Assembly (NCBI GenBank): GCA_951406725.2 | Contig: OX597815.1 | Location: 155,992,001-156,056,000, forward strand | DNA: 64,000 nucleotides | From: Octopus vulgaris | Taxonomy: Eukaryota | Reading direction: 5' to 3' | Shown: in pieces, positions 13,780 to 28,740 of the stretch | Layout: each line of letters begins with the position of its first letter | How positions within the stretch are numbered: the stretch's first letter is position 1 | The notes under the pieces: generated by a model | Databases searched by the model: none | Seen by the model: the letters and a program-made list of their open reading frames with translations, nothing else | Told to the model about the DNA's origin: nothing | Program-made: the position numbers and the translations under genes

Positions 13780-14135
13780 ATGATTATGTTGATGTGGATG
13801 ATGATGACGATCATGATGAGGCTCGCAATGATGATGATGATGATGATGACAACGATGATGATGCTTGCAGTGAAAATGATGATGCTTACAACGATGATGA
13901 TGGTGATATTGATCTTTACAATAAAGATGATGATGATGATGATGACGGTGATGATGATGATGATGATGACGGTGATGATGATGATGATGATGATGATGTT
14001 GATGATGATGATGAAAATGGCGACAGCGATGATAATGATGATGAGGAGGAGGAAGAGGGGGAAGACGGTGGTATTGCAGGCAGTGATGAGGATGGGGATG
14101 CTTACAGAGAAGACAATGACGACGATGATGATAAT
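13780..14135. repeat. Degenerate (GAT)n repeat just inside the intron upstream of the exon
   Basis: Direct reading. Confidence 0.9.
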
Positions 14136-14369
14136 TTCTAGTTATAAGATGAAAATCAACTAATCAGGAAAGAAGTGAAAATGCGTAAAATTAATTAATA
14201 TTATTGTATTAAAGCATTCTTTGATTTTGAGAACAATGTTAATTACAATAGATAGAAAAGAAGCAAAAATACTGATAATTATTATATTTTAGTCATAATA
14301 CATCTTATATAATCTCCAAGAAGTTCTTCCTTCATTCCATCTGAACGAAGCAATCTCTATATGATATGA

Positions 14370-14580
14370 TCCTTTCGCTTGTTTCAGTCTTTGGCCCCCG
14401 GCCATGCTCGAACCGTACATTGAAAAGTTCTAATTGAAAACTAAACCCCACTGCCTACTTTACTTTTAAGTGTAGTAATCATTCTAATGTTTTTACTTTT
14501 GTCGAACTGCTAGGTTACGGAGACATAAAAAAAAAACACCAGCTGTCAAGCGGTCGGAGCGAGTCAAACAAACACCACAC
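14370..14580 (-). mobile_element. SINE family A 3' half, diverged
   Basis: cttgtttcagtc...ggccatgct...gaactgctaggttacggagac. Confidence 0.55.
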
Positions 14581-14587
14581 ACACACA

Positions 14588-14621
<34 letters not shown>

Positions 14622-14647
14622 CACACGTACACACACACACGTATAGA

Positions 14648-14912
14648 CACGAGGGCATGTTGAAATATTCCTCGCTGCGGGTAAAAGAAAACAAAAGAGG
14701 ATCAGTTAATTATGATTTTATTCAACATATACCCCTCTCAGATTCACCACATATACCCCTCTCAGATTCACCACATATACCCCCTCTCAGATTTTATTCA
14801 ACAGCGGTCCTTCAGTTTTTCTAAATCCTGTAAAAGAAATCAGAAGGTTGGGCCTCCAGCCAGGCCTTTTGCGATACCCTTAAAGCAAGAAACTTTTCAA
14901 CACCCCCTCGTA
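14648..14912. mobile_element. Mariner-type MITE
   Basis: Ends cacgagggcatgttgaaa / tttcaacaccccctcgta. Internal triple 24-bp repeat acatatacccctctcagattcacc. Confidence 0.6.
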
Positions 14913-15029
14913 TGTGTGTGAGTGTGTGTGTGTGGGAGGGGGCGCAGTGAATATATTGTTGTCTAAATTATGCAAAAATATATTTACCAAAATTACATAA
15001 AAATATCTTGAAATACTATAAAGAGTAAA

Positions 15030-15510
15030 TTTATTCAATGAAATCGCCATTGGCTTCAACCATTGCCTCCAGACGACGACTTCGGAATCTCCTGCAACTC
15101 TTCTGGACAGTCTCCTAGTTTTAATTGGTGAATGCTGCCATAATCCTTGTCTTCAGTTCATCTTTGGTATTACAAGAAGTTTTGTTGTCTCTCGCTCAAC
15201 TGCGCCCCACACATAATAACCAAAGGGGTTGCAGTCTAGGAAGTTAGGTGGCCAGATGTTAGGGATGATGTGGTTGCAGAAATTGTCTGACAGCTATGAC
15301 TGGGTTCTCTTCTTGTGTGGCATGGTGCAGAGTCCTGTTACCAGATATAGGATCTTCCAGCATCCACACCCGTGACTCAAGGCCGCACTACCTTCTTCTA
15401 GGCATTTGATGTAGGCCTCTTTGTTGAGTCTGAGGCCGTGTGGGAAGATGAATAGACGCATAACGTCCCATCACTATTGATCACTCCAAACATCATGACA
15501 TTGACCGGAT
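15030..15510 (-). pseudogene. Tc1/mariner (maT/DD37D-like) transposase C-terminal remnant
   Basis: Minus-strand translation LSDNFCNHIIPNIWPPNFLDCNPFGYYVWGAVE...KDELKTRIMAAF...VQKSCRRF...LEAMVEANGDFIE, with stops and frameshifts. Confidence 0.8.
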
Positions 15511-15691
15511 TTTTGATATTCGCAGTACATGGTTTGGAAACATAGCAAAACAACGGCTGCTCTGTGGGTCACCATCTGTTCGTATTGGAGCTCCCGGCGC
15601 GAATGCCAAACAGTACAGTATTTACCAATCGCAGCCTCTCTCTCACTCTCTCTCTCTCTCTCACTCAATATATATATATATATATACACAC

Positions 15692-15742
<51 letters not shown>

Positions 15743-16004
15743 ATAAGGTATTCTAGCGATAAATAGATATTATGATATATTAAATACGTTATGATATAGA
15801 TGGTTAAAGAAATTAAAAACCAAAATGGTAGAATACATAAACAAGGGTGCAAAATAGCACCTACACTTGCTAGGAATGAGCATTAAAAAATATAACTCAA
15901 ATAGCCACACAACATCTCATAAGGTTAACGACTTTGTGTGGCTATTCCAGTTATAACTTTTAGCTCTTATTCTAGCTATTGTTGGTGCTATTTTGCACAC
16001 ACAA

Positions 16005-16064
<60 letters not shown>

Positions 16065-16068
<4 letters not shown>

Positions 16069-16333
16069 TGTGACCGACCGGTCACAATGCGCTTCGCATT
16101 GTTTTAGCCTTCAAATGATGCCACCACGCTGCCTAAGCGAGCAGACCAACAGAAGAAAGAGTGAGAGAAAGTTGTGGCGAAGGAGTACAGCAGGGATCTC
16201 CACTGCCCCCTGCCGGAGCCTCGTGGAGCTTTAGGTGTTTCTCTCAATAAACATTCAAAACGTCTGGTCTGGGAATCGAAACCGCGATCCTACGACCGCG
16301 AGTCCGCTGTCCTAACAACTGGGCCATTGCGCT
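16065..16333 (-). mobile_element. SINE family B head with a different 3' part
   Basis: gagtgagagaaagttgtgg...ggaatcgaaaccgcgatcctacgaccgcgagtccgctg...gggccattgcgc matches 49375-49550. Confidence 0.8.
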
Positions 16334-16348
16334 TACACACACACACAA

Positions 16349-16397
<49 letters not shown>

Positions 16398-17021
16398 TAT
16401 TTATACACACCATAAGCTTCCACACAGTCTTTGTCTGTCAAATTCACTTACAAAGCATTAATCGACCCGAAGCTATAGATGACACCAGCCTTTCACGATG
16501 TCAAGCAGTGCGACTGAACCCGAAATCACAGAGTTTCAAAGCAAGCTTTTTAACCACACAACCACTTCTTCATCACTTTCAGCAAATTCTTCCCCATTTT
16601 ATCAAAAAAAAAAAAAATGGGGAAAAAATCAAAAGAAAATCAGAGGACTGTATACCATACTTGTATCCAGAAACGGGAGAGCATGCAACATATCCGGAAA
16701 TAAAGATGCCGCTAGGGAAAACAGTTAACAATACCAACCGAATGATGCATTCCTTTGGCTACATCGGGGATGGAGAACTTTAATCGAAAAGTCTGTGTTA
16801 TGTTGGTCATTGAGCTTGTAGCAAACATTTGCACTAAGTTTTTGCTATCAGCATTATGCTTTCAGCATTTCCAGAGTGTGAAAACAAATCATCTGCGTAG
16901 GTAGGCTTAACATCCGGGTGTTAGACCGTCTTGTGTGTGTGTGTGTGTGTGTGTGTGTAAGTGTGTGTATGTGTATGTGAGTGTGTGTGGGCATATATGC
17001 ATGCCTGTTCGCTTGTGCTAG

Positions 17022-17064
<43 letters not shown>

Positions 17065-20000
17065 GAGAGAGGAATCGGACGAATCGTCAGAAAGGCGTGG
17101 TATTTACACATGACCCTTGAATCAAACATCCACTACAGTCCCACTTATTTTTAACACCGGCAAAAAGACAAGAAATCATATGAGTTTCTTGGCAATACTG
17201 CAAATTATTTACACTGATATGGTTTTAGTTCGTATTTCATTTCTGTAAGCTCTGGGTCAGCTCTGATCCAGCTAAAGCAACAAAGATACCCCAGCGATGA
17301 CTATCATGCTTTCTCTTTCTGTAAATATTGTACTACTTTTTTTCAACGTGTCTTTCTTTTTATAAAACAGTAGTATCTATTTGCGATAGATTTGACCGCT
17401 ATTTTTAGGAGATGAAGTAACCCCGTCAATGTTACCTTATTGATTCGGAAAATTCAATGTATGTACTAAGGTTTTAACAGTTGACTATTAAACCCTGTAT
17501 TTTAGAAAGATATCGAAATGTTTCCCAGTGAATATTTTAAGGTTTGAAGTTCAGGATGTTATGAGGTTCAACAATATGGACCTGAACGGCTGGAGTTTGA
17601 TGTAAAATTAACGGGTGAATAAAATATCGAAATTATAGTGTCTGGACGGAAATCATGAAAATGCATTAATACAGTGATTGGTGTTACATAGTAGGTGCCA
17701 AGGTTTCTCAAAAAAAATACTTTATGCTTAAATATCTGTCAACTCTTGCCTTTGGGTCCAAGATTTAACACATTACCTAACTTAATGCCACCAACCGATA
17801 CTTGGATTCATTTATATGAGTTGACTGCTGCAGGCATTTTGGACCAGTACCACGTTTAATGCCCTATCCATCCATTATATTTTATCCCACTCTAACCATC
17901 GCAATATTTATTCTAAGTATCTGTCGCATCAATGTCGCTAGATAGCAAGATCTTGAAAGCTGATAACCACTCCTCTCTTTCTCTATCTCTATCTGTTACA
18001 CATTTATGTGAAAATGTGATCTGCAATATTCGTCGAGGAATTTGTGGTATACAGATGAGTTCACTTTGGCTATAAAGGAGAGAAACTATAACGTGACCTT
18101 TTTGCAAAGAGACATTCCACTCCTCATAGCAATTCGACATTCGGCGAACTCACTCCTTTTGATAGCTTTCGATCGTCACCAGTTTCTCGGATTCCGGACA
18201 TTACGCCATCAAATATTTATTTTTACAACATCTAGCAATACAGACACCCATTCTCAATGTACATGCACACGCTTCGTATTTTGTTTCTGCACAGAAACAA
18301 GGTTACATTTTTCGCAAATATACGCTGAAAATATAATATTCCTTTGTTACTAAAGCGTATCTCTCACAGACATTTCGACTGTTATTCCAACACATATTAA
18401 TTATTTATCTTCAATGCACCTAATATCCATTAATCTTTTACAATAATATATCAATTATCATTCAGTTTACACGTTTTAGAATCCCCATATCGCAAATTTA
18501 TAGTTTGGTACAGGAATTGTTGGTAAATACCTCATTTTATCGTTGGTTAATACCTCACTATAAAGTTCCACCAGAAAAGAGAAACGTTTTATAGTTGATT
18601 CAATCAATCCTACTAGTTAACAGATAATAGCTTCAAACAGACTAGTCTAAATTGTGGATATTTATTCGTCGGGAAAGACATTAATAGGGAAAGACACAAT
18701 TGTATACATTCGCTACAACTATCAAAGAACGGTCGAGAGTTCGTTTCTTATCACTAGTGTTATTTGTTTTAAGTGGTGCAGCTTCCGTTGGCTCTCTTCG
18801 TTGCATGCAGCTGTGCGAAACGTATATTTAGATTTTTGGTTTATTATGTATATTTGATCTGTTAGTAATATGCATAAGACTATTTTCATATACACGGTGT
18901 TCTGAATCAAGATGAGAATTTCCCATTGGCTTTAGTAAAGAGATGATAATTGAGTGATGAGCGTTTCTTTAACTTCAATTTTTGAGTATGTATTCTAAAA
19001 CTCTAATGGGAACCCGAGAAAATGATATGCATAATGACACTGAATCACGTTTGAATCGAAATATGGAAGTTGTGTTCGATTACAATTTATGACATTATTA
19101 CCACATTATTATGAAACATTGCTCATGGACCTCTTATGTGCTTGAAGATTGGGTAGGCAGGAGGGATCAGAATAGCATCATGTAGTGAGTTGAACTGTTC
19201 AGTTCAGACTACAAATAATTGAAGATCAAATAAGATAAAATTTAGATGTGGGAAGATGGGATTAAATTATTGAACGAGTTTCAGGCGAAGGGCTGGTTGC
19301 CTTGCCTAATGCTTTTAGTGGAGATAGAATTTACAATCTCAGAGATTGATTTATTAGTGCTATTAAGTTCGACATGGCCTGGGTCAATAATAGCCAAAAC
19401 CTATTAGAGTTATATATTGCATTTGTTTAATAACGGTAGATAAAAGTTTTCATAGGAGAACTCATTTAAGAAATATCTTTCTACGAATTTCTATAATGAA
19501 AAATTTAAATTCCATATGAACAAGGGTCTTACAGAGATCAGTGCTTAGCTCGAAGTTTATTAAATTTGCATGACGGTCCGAGCATTTACCATTGCTTGAA
19601 GATCTGTTTATTATCAACAGTTAAGTAGAAGTGTCCAGAATTAAAATTTCTGTCCGTTCACAGCTGAGCACTTGCATTGGGTTTGCAGAGAGAATCTATG
19701 AACTGACAGTCCAATATAATATATATTAAGCAATTTTCCTTATTATACGAGGCACTAAAAGGATGTAATTCGAAGAACGATTTGTTTATGCAGATAGCAA
19801 GAAATGTAGATCGTAAAGTTCCGACAACACTTTTATGTTTTTCATTTTTACACAGCTTTCAGATTTTCGTGCAGTACAACATAGCCAAGTGTGTTCTCCT
19901 ATGAGTTGAAGTCAATCTATCAGCAATAACGTCTCGAAGTTTCTTAGAAATACTATCTTCAATAATGTATTTATCCGCGTGATACACCCATTATGTTCTT

Positions 20001-20774
20001 TAGTGAGTGTTAAATAGTGTATTAATGGCTTAGATTTCAATTTAAAGGGGTTATATTGCAATTTATGCTTGGTCTGTCTGCGAAATCCACACCAAACGAG
20101 AACTTAGTAACAAAAGAAAAATAGATATCGGACCGAAAGATTGTGTGTGCTTTGTATGTGTGTGTGTGTGTGTGCTGTGTGTCTGTGTTGTGTGTGGTTG
20201 TGTGTGTTTGTGTGTGTGTGTGCAGGCGCGCGAGGAGTGTCTCATGAAAGGAGAGAGGAGGGAATAAAACTGAAAGGGAGACCAAACAAAACAAATAAAC
20301 GATGGAAAAACATACACTCGAACATCTCAGTTTATTAGTAAATAATGAAACAACTATATCACACATAACAAAAATGATTGCAGAAATAGAAAAACAAATA
20401 TTCAGATTTAACAATCAAAAGAATTATATTTATCTAACCTTATATATATTATTAAAGACGCCAGATTGGAGGATGAGAGATGTATATATTTAACACGGTT
20501 AAAGTGTCGATTAGAAGTTTCGAAATTAAGATATTAAGGCAAGTATATATATGAAAATTTAGTAGAGTGATTCAGCTAGGGTGAGAAAAGTCTTGGAAAA
20601 ATCTCCCCATCGGTATATCCATTGAAGGTGATAGAAAGATAAGAAAGACAATTTCAAAATTGTCACATTATATGTATGTATGTATGTATGTATATATGTA
20701 TGTATGTATGTATGCATGTATGTATGTGTGTGTGAGTATATGAATGTGTGTATGTGCATCCCAAGTCCTTTATT

Positions 20775-21100
20775 TGCTACAGCCGTGCACTGCGGCCATA
20801 CTGGAGCATCGCCTTCAAGAGTTTAGTCGAACGAATTGACACAGTACTCGTGCTTGTTTCAAGTTTGATACTTATTCTATCGGTATCTCTTGCCGAATAG
20901 CTAGATAATGAGAACTCAACAAAACAACAGTGCGGTCAAATGGTGATGGTGGTGCTGGTGGTGCTGGTGATAGGACAAACACACACACGTATAAATATTC
21001 ATATGTTTAGACGCGACCGGCTTCCGGCTGCCAAATTCATTCATAACAAGAATTTTGGTTGGCTCCAGTATATAATAGAAGACACTTGCTCGAGGTGCTA
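20775..21100 (-). mobile_element. SINE family A, older diverged copy
   Basis: actgcggccatactggagcatcgcc...tacttattctatcggt...agaagacacttgc. Confidence 0.65.
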
Positions 21101-21202
21101 CGGTGCATGTGTGTGCATATATATATGTATGTATGAATATATATATATACATATACATATATATATATATACATATACATACATGCATACATACATATAT
21201 AT

Positions 21203-21233
<31 letters not shown>

Positions 21234-21542
21234 TACATAGATAGATATGGGGTATCATTGGGTAGGTAGTGATATCACCTGCATGGAATGCATGTCTTGG
21301 AAATAAACAACGCTGATTTTAATACACATATTTCAGTTTTACATAAGACACAGTTGCAAAGAGGATAAATTAACGCCTACTTGAAGGAAACATTGCACTT
21401 GTCGCAATCCTTCAGCTTGCAGTAAACGGAGTGTAAATCATATAAACTCTTCAGATTTAATCAGTCTTTTCTCATTCACTGTTGCCGCTGGTTGTATCAA
21501 CACTTCTATAATACACCATGACATACGTGCATACATATACTT

Positions 21543-21627
<85 letters not shown>

Positions 21628-21877
21628 CGTAGGAATGGCTGTGTGGTAAGTAACTTGCTTAGAAACCACATGGTTCCAGGTTCAGTCCCACATACATACA
21701 TACATACATATATATATTTCCGTCTACCAAATCCACTCACAAGGCTTCGATCGACCCAGACCTATAGTAGAAGACAATTGCCCAAGGTTCCACACATATA
21801 GGCGTAGGAATGACTGTGTGGTACGTAACTTGCTTAGAAACCACATGGTTCCAGGTTCAGTCCCATATATATATATA

Positions 21878-22024
21878 TAGGCGTAGGAATGGCTGTGTGG
21901 TAATTAACTTGCTTAGAAACCACATGGTTCCAGGTTCAGTCCCCCAGTGTGGCACCTTGGGCAAGTGTCTTCTACTATAGGTCTGGGTCGATTAAAGCCT
22001 TGTGAGTGGATTTAGTAGACGGAA

Positions 22025-22057
<33 letters not shown>

Positions 22058-22265
22058 TGTGTTTGTGTGTCTGTGTTTGTCCCCCCCAACATGACATGAC
22101 AACCGATGCTGGTGTGTTTACGTCCCTGTAACTTAGCGGTTCGGCAAAAGAGACCGATAGAATAAGTACTAAGCTTACAAAGAATAAGTCCTAGGGTCGA
22201 TTTACTCGACTAAAGGCGGTGCTCCAGCATGACCACAGTCACACGACTGAAACAAGTAAAAGAAA
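21878..22265 (+). mobile_element. SINE family A, full length
   Basis: Same head, body and tail. Confidence 0.9.
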
Positions 22266-22266
22266 G

Positions 22267-22333
<67 letters not shown>

Positions 22334-22426
22334 ATCCAAACAAGAAAACACAGAAAAAAACACAGCAACGCAAGGATGTGGAACACTTAAAGTATTATTT
22401 GACGCTCAGGAAAGAAGGGAAGGAGG

Positions 22427-22461
22427 GTTTAACGTTTCGAGTGGAGCTCTTCGTCGGAAAC
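22427..22461 (-). ncRNA. Minimal hammerhead-like fold (U4C variant) in a PLE-like terminus at about 22330-22500
   Basis: Minus strand: gttt CCGACGA agagctccactc GAA acgt T aaac. Directly follows a (TA)n tract. Confidence 0.5.
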
Positions 22462-25400
22462 AAAGGAGAAGGAAAGATCCCGAGAAGGGAAGACAGAGGA
22501 AAAAAATTTTTTTGGTGGTGGTGCTCAAGAGATCACATATATATATACTTATTCCAGATAATTACAAATAAATAGTAGTTACGAGTATGTTGATGTTCAG
22601 TTGAATATAAATACCAAGCGCACAAACGAATATTACAGGAACACACATTCACACACATACACATACACACTCATACACACACATATAATTACATGTATTT
22701 ACGCATAGTCATGTACACAAGGTAGAATTAAACGCTAACTACATTACATACTACCACCTTGTATAGCCAATGACGTGGTCTCTACTCGGTTATTCGATCT
22801 GCTAGATATAGGAGACTCATTTTCTTGAGTCTCTCTCTACTATCATGAAACAGGAGGTCACACTGGATAATGAGGTTACAGAAGCTACCCTATATCGGAA
22901 TAACATTAAGATTATCTCCGGTGGGGGAAAAGGTGCTCAATCAGACATGACCTGGTTCTAAATAATAACATCAAACCCTTTGATGTAACCAGTAAGAATA
23001 ATTATGTTGATGATAATTCGCATCAGTTACTAAAGCCTTAGTCTTGTGCTATCGTATCGTTGTGCTTATCTAAATTTCACAGTAGCAACATTAAGGGTCG
23101 TTTGTTTTAACTGAAAACTGCCTGATCGCCGGAGTTAAGTTTACAGGGAATTACAAATTTCTGTAGGCAGCTCGATTTTCAGCCGCACGGTTTCGGATTC
23201 AGTCTCACTGCGTCTTCTATAGCTCCAGGCCGATTAGTGCTTTGTGAGTGAATTTAGTAGACGTTAACGTAAAAAGCCCATCGTGCGCACACACGCGCGT
23301 GTACGTGTGTGTATGTATGTGTATGGCCTTTGTGCTTGTTTGCGCCCCCACAATTTGATAGCTGATGTTTGTTTGCGTCATCGAAATCTAACAGCTGGAC
23401 AAGAATGGCCGACAAAATACGTGCCAAACTAAAAGAAATGTGTACTAAGATTGAGCTGATGGACATAATTCTTCAAACTTCCAGTCCAAAGGCTGAAACG
23501 AATAAAAATAAGTGAATTACTTCTTCCTGACCAGCAATAGATTTTAACCCTGGCTATTTTATTGATTCCCTTACAGCATTTACCATTTGGTATTGTTGAA
23601 CCTAATTTTTTTGGAACGGTCACATATGTGTCAGTTAAAGTGTTGCAAGTTTAGAAGCACATTTGATATTAATTAGTTTACTACCTTAGCCACTGTACCT
23701 ATGGGAGCTTTTTCCTTGGCCCTATTACTATAGGAAGGAGACATTCACTCACCAATTTCTAATAAATTTTTTAGTAAATGATAAGTTCCAAAAATGAATA
23801 AGTCCCTTTCCCTGAAGAATTTAGGTTTAATCCAACTATTGTCGATGCATTTTAGATTTCCTATATGCATCCTATTTCTATGTCAGGATATATATGTTGA
23901 ACGTGATGCTGGAAACATTGGGTAAGGACTTCACAATATTTATGCCAACGCTGAAGCGGACTGGATGCTTCCCAGCATATGGTCCCTTGGGATCCAAAAG
24001 TTTCTGAAAAGAGTACATCCCAATGAGCATTGTTCGTCAGTAACCCAACACTGAAACATGTCCCTCTCTGTAGGTAGCACAAAGTTGAGGATTGTCCTCT
24101 CGGTTTTAAATGCACAGAAACCCCAACGAAATATCATAGAAGTAAACCGTCTTCTCTAACTCATACAAAAAAAAATTACTTGATTCGCTACTCACCCCTC
24201 TACTTGACTTCTATTCTTCACCTAACCCTCACATATATTGTAAAAACCGTATTCCAATATTAACCATTCAAAATGGCAATTGCTTCACGTCTTTTACACT
24301 ACCAACTCTTCGAAGTTCTCTTCGAACGCTAATTTCATTGACCAAACCTGCTTGGAAACCACTGCAAAATTAACAGCTGTCCGTTTTCACCCAGGCTAAC
24401 TTAAACGTAATAATATAACAATAATATATATGTACATACATACAAGGTATTTATGTTATTATTTAATCAAATTGATTGTAATAATTTTTTCTTAATCCGA
24501 TCATTTTATAATTATATTGGATAGTTTGTATAGAGTAGAAAGAGCTTTAAACATTTCTTGTTCCTTTCAGACTGCTTAGCCAACTTTCCATTATAGCTGT
24601 ATTGTTCCTGAGATTCTATTTTGTAAATTGATTTTTCTTAATATTTTTTATACTGCTTGTGTAATAAATGGACAAAAAGCCAAACAAAAAAAAACTACAA
24701 CAACGATAATGATAATAACAATAATAAAATACTTTTCTCCAGAGAGAAAAAAAATGAAGAAAATGTGTATGTTAAAAACTCAAGTACAAAAATGCTTTCG
24801 CTGAAAAGAATATTAAAAAAGAAAATTAATGAAGCAAAATGATATTGCATGATTACAATAACTGGAAGGCACTAATGGACAAAATTATTCAAATACTGCT
24901 AATATAGTAAAACAAAATGATATAACATTCAAAAATTCTGTTAGTAAAACTTTTTTTTGCAATTTAAAACCATTGGTTGATTTATGTAAGGAAAGAAGCA
25001 ATTAACAATGTTGACTTATTTCAAATTATAGGAGAAATAAAAGAATGGAATTTACCGAGGCTTATCCTTCAAAAGTTAAAAACAATTGCATTTAAAAAAT
25101 AATGGATTTTCTGGAGGCTAAATTTTATTTTTACAGCTTAGACATTCTATAACCATGTTAAGATTCGGATTGTTTTGGTTCACAAAAAAATTATTACGGT
25201 ATCGAAAACATCATTACAATATATGCAGATGTTTATTCATATTTGATCCATTGAATAAATTAAACATAGATAGGAAGATGAACTAATTACATTTATCATT
25301 AATTTTAATCATTATTTATATTTTGAACATCATTTACATATTAAGATGATGAAATGGAAGGGTTGTTAGTTCTGACTAATGTGTAATGGTATGAATTCTG

Positions 25401-28174
25401 GCTATTTGCTAAGTTTAAATCCCACTGAGGGATATGTAATGGTTATATGTTAGATCGATAATTTGAACCAAATTTCCGATTTAACGCGGAAGATTGGCGG
25501 AATTATTAGAGGGTCGGGCAAGATCTGTTTCAGTATCTGTTCCAGATCTTTACATTCTGAGAGCAATGCCTGTAACAACACTGCTGTCAAGTTGTATTGG
25601 TCCAAATCATTGGGCTTTCTCTTGAATACGCATCGGCGGTGTGGAGAGGGAAAACAACATCCATACATGAGCAACTGTCACTCTTTATCAAAAATCTTAC
25701 ACAGACGTGCACATGCATGTGCAGATGAACGGTTACCCTTTTCCCAGCCAATGCATTCTGTTAATACATACATACACATACAGAAAACTGAGGTGTGCCC
25801 TTGACTTTCGAGACTAGAAAAGAAGGAGTTAGATTTAGATTGAAGACTTGATTTAAATGCTTGTCATAGAATAGATTGCACTAATGGTCTCATTGGCTAG
25901 GCAGCAAAGTTAAACCGGGTGGCACATAGAGAGTACCACTCAAATTATCTACCACTAAATTATATCAGCCACCCAAAGTCTAACATGCAATTAGAAGTCA
26001 TTGACGCGAATTTAGGGTATCATAAAAGATTCAGAGTATTCATTTATGGCTAATAAGAAATACACGAGAAAAATAGAATAGAGATGACGACGTGGTTTCT
26101 GGTTCTAGAAGTAAGTCCTATGTGTCAAACATAGGAAGAAAGTTTTAAAACATACCTCATGCTTTGCGGCATACAAACTTATAGTTTCATTCCATTTGCA
26201 AAATAGAAGTATATATTCGCTTTATATGCGCGTCATCGACTTTGATACTTAACCGAATGCACACACATCTAATCGAAGGCTTTTCAGCCTTGTATAACTA
26301 CAACGTGTAATATCTTCTTTCCTTCTTTGCAAATTGTTGATTATTTGTAGATTTCTAGTCTAACAAGTGCTCAAGCAGAGGCTTTCTCAATTATTCAATT
26401 GCAGTAACATTTCTATCCTGGAGTGTAAACGATAAATTAACCCAGCCTTTATTTAATAGACTCTGTGCAATGCTAAGAACTTTTTTTTAAACACATCTAA
26501 ACATAAATCTTGTGAATAATTTCTAACTTCGAATTGCTACCATTATTGTCATTTTTCACAGCGGCTATTTGCTGAGAAAAAACATTTCCATATTTGTTAA
26601 ATTTAAAAAGTCACAAAACGTTTAAATTGTCAAATTTGAAGATTTAGATTATTTAAATGCAGGAACTCCAATATGATGCTCGCTTCAATATTATTTAGTT
26701 GCTTCAGTAAATTTTGTGTAAATATAAGAATATGATGTATTTTTATATTGAATTTGGAAATGTATTATATTACAACTGATATTTAAAACGTTTCTTCTGT
26801 ATTTGATATATATACATCTCCATTACATCATCTTAACGTAGTATCTCAGTTATTTAAGTCCATGCCTTTTATTTATTCTTTCATTTCTTTCTAATATCTC
26901 TCATTTCTTATACATTGAGTCAATCGAACAAACATTTATACTACAATGTTTTGTGTGGCCGACATTTTTTCTCATAATCAAATATTGACTTATTTATCTC
27001 TAATGTAACACAGCCTCATCAAATCTTTCCAGTAGCTGTTTTAGTGGCATTACTTAGTTGTTTGGCATAATATTATACATGATAAGATATGGCTACGATT
27101 AATAATTTCCATCCTTTCTTTTTGTTTATATCGATTTCTCTTCTTATTGAATTTTAGAAGTGTCGTAAATAGTGAATCTAATATCAGAAATTTCCATATG
27201 TATGATAGAAGTGAAAATAGAACATATTCCATATTTAAGGGCTTATTAGATTTGAACACTCGGAGCTAGTGTCTGAAATACTCGTTTTCATCGATTTCTG
27301 TTTCTATCAATATGTATTTCATATATAAGAACAGGACAAAGATTCAAAAACTGGCATTTAGGATTGTTAAAATATACAGAAAAGTTTTACTTCAGGTAAA
27401 AATATAGTTGTTCCGTTGATATTGTTCATAATAAAGCATCGATAATATAAATCAACCCTTTATTTTGTTCATTAAAAGAACAAGCTGTTAAGTCTTCGCA
27501 TTGCTTATGAATATACCCAAACCCTTCCATGATTGATTACCTCATATATCTGTGTGTCAGTTTTGATATCCGGGAATTACTTCCCTTAATAACTTTACTA
27601 CTCAGATTATGGTTTTCTTATTTATTGTCTTTTGTTTTCAAATAAACTTTATCTCTGCGTGTAAAAGCTATTTACTATAACGAATTATTTTGCTCACATG
27701 AATTTCCTATAATGGGAAATATTTCGAATGATAGTCTAAAGCTTTCAAAAGGCATATTTTTTAAAAACCTAACTATATTTCGTTACATGCACGAATATAC
27801 ATCACATTAACTGTTAGGACATCGAAATAATTATAAATTCTATTCATCATTATACTCATATTTTATGTATTCTTATATTTGAATATGTTAGGCGCCTGCA
27901 GATTATAGATGTCGAGTAATATATGGTTGAACTTTGTAGTTTTTAAAAATTGCATTTTCGCATAATTTATATTCTGAGCTGTAAGTGTTTTGAGAATAAG
28001 ACATATGCACAGATTTTATTAAAGAAAAACATATAATCATTATATACACATACAAATATATACAAGAGTATACATACAAATTTATAGACATATATAAGCA
28101 TATATACGTGTATGTATGTATATATAAATATATATATATACATCCTGTGCCTATATTATATATATTTTATCTTT

Positions 28175-28334
28175 TATCTTTTACTTGTTTCAGTCATTTG
28201 ACTGCGGCCATGCTGGAGCACCACTATTAGTCAAACAAATCAACCCCAGGGCTTATTCTGTGTAAGCTTGGTACTTATCCTATCGCTAGGTTAAAGGGAT
28301 GTAAACACACCAGCATCGGTTGCTAACGGACACA

Positions 28335-28340
<6 letters not shown>
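28175..28340 (-). mobile_element. SINE family A 3' fragment
   Basis: cttgtttcagtcatttgactgcggccatgctggagcacc. Confidence 0.8.
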
Positions 28341-28419
<79 letters not shown>

Positions 28420-28425
<6 letters not shown>

Positions 28426-28550
28426 AGAGGCTTCCAAATAGGAAAGCGTTGAGTTGGTTAATGTTTTTAATTTTCATTCCTTTCGTGAATTTATCCTTTT
28501 TTGTGTTCTAGCACAACGCTTTCCTATCTGGAAGCCTCTTATTGTATTTC
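28420..28550. repeat. Short fold-back adjacent to (TA)n
   Basis: aataagaggcttccaaataggaaagcgttg vs caacgctttcctatctggaagcctcttatt. Confidence 0.85.
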
Positions 28551-28740
28551 TATACAAAAAATATATAGTCTAATGACTAATTCGTTTTTTGTGCTAGGCC
28601 ACTGGTAATAATAATTTATTATTACCCTATTTTATTATGTTTAGATATATATATATATACAATTGCAGCGTGGGAGGTGTTTATAAGCCATTTAAGAAAC
28701 ACACAAAAGCCGTTCGATTCACTCCAACATTTAAGTTTAA

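Noticed and set aside
13780-14163. Poly-Asp and poly-Met ORFs
   Set aside because: (GAT)n repeat within an intron.
14725-14795. CRISPR-like repeats
   Set aside because: Tandem 24-bp units without spacers, in eukaryotic DNA.
23420-24140. Complex sequence with several short minus-strand ORFs
   Set aside because: No recognisable motifs; possibly a decayed transposon or pseudogene.
25450-25760. Coding-looking minus-strand segment (CARLCKIFDKE*QLLMYGCCFP...)
   Set aside because: In-frame stop, no recognisable family, and no unambiguous splice pair. A BLASTX search would settle it.
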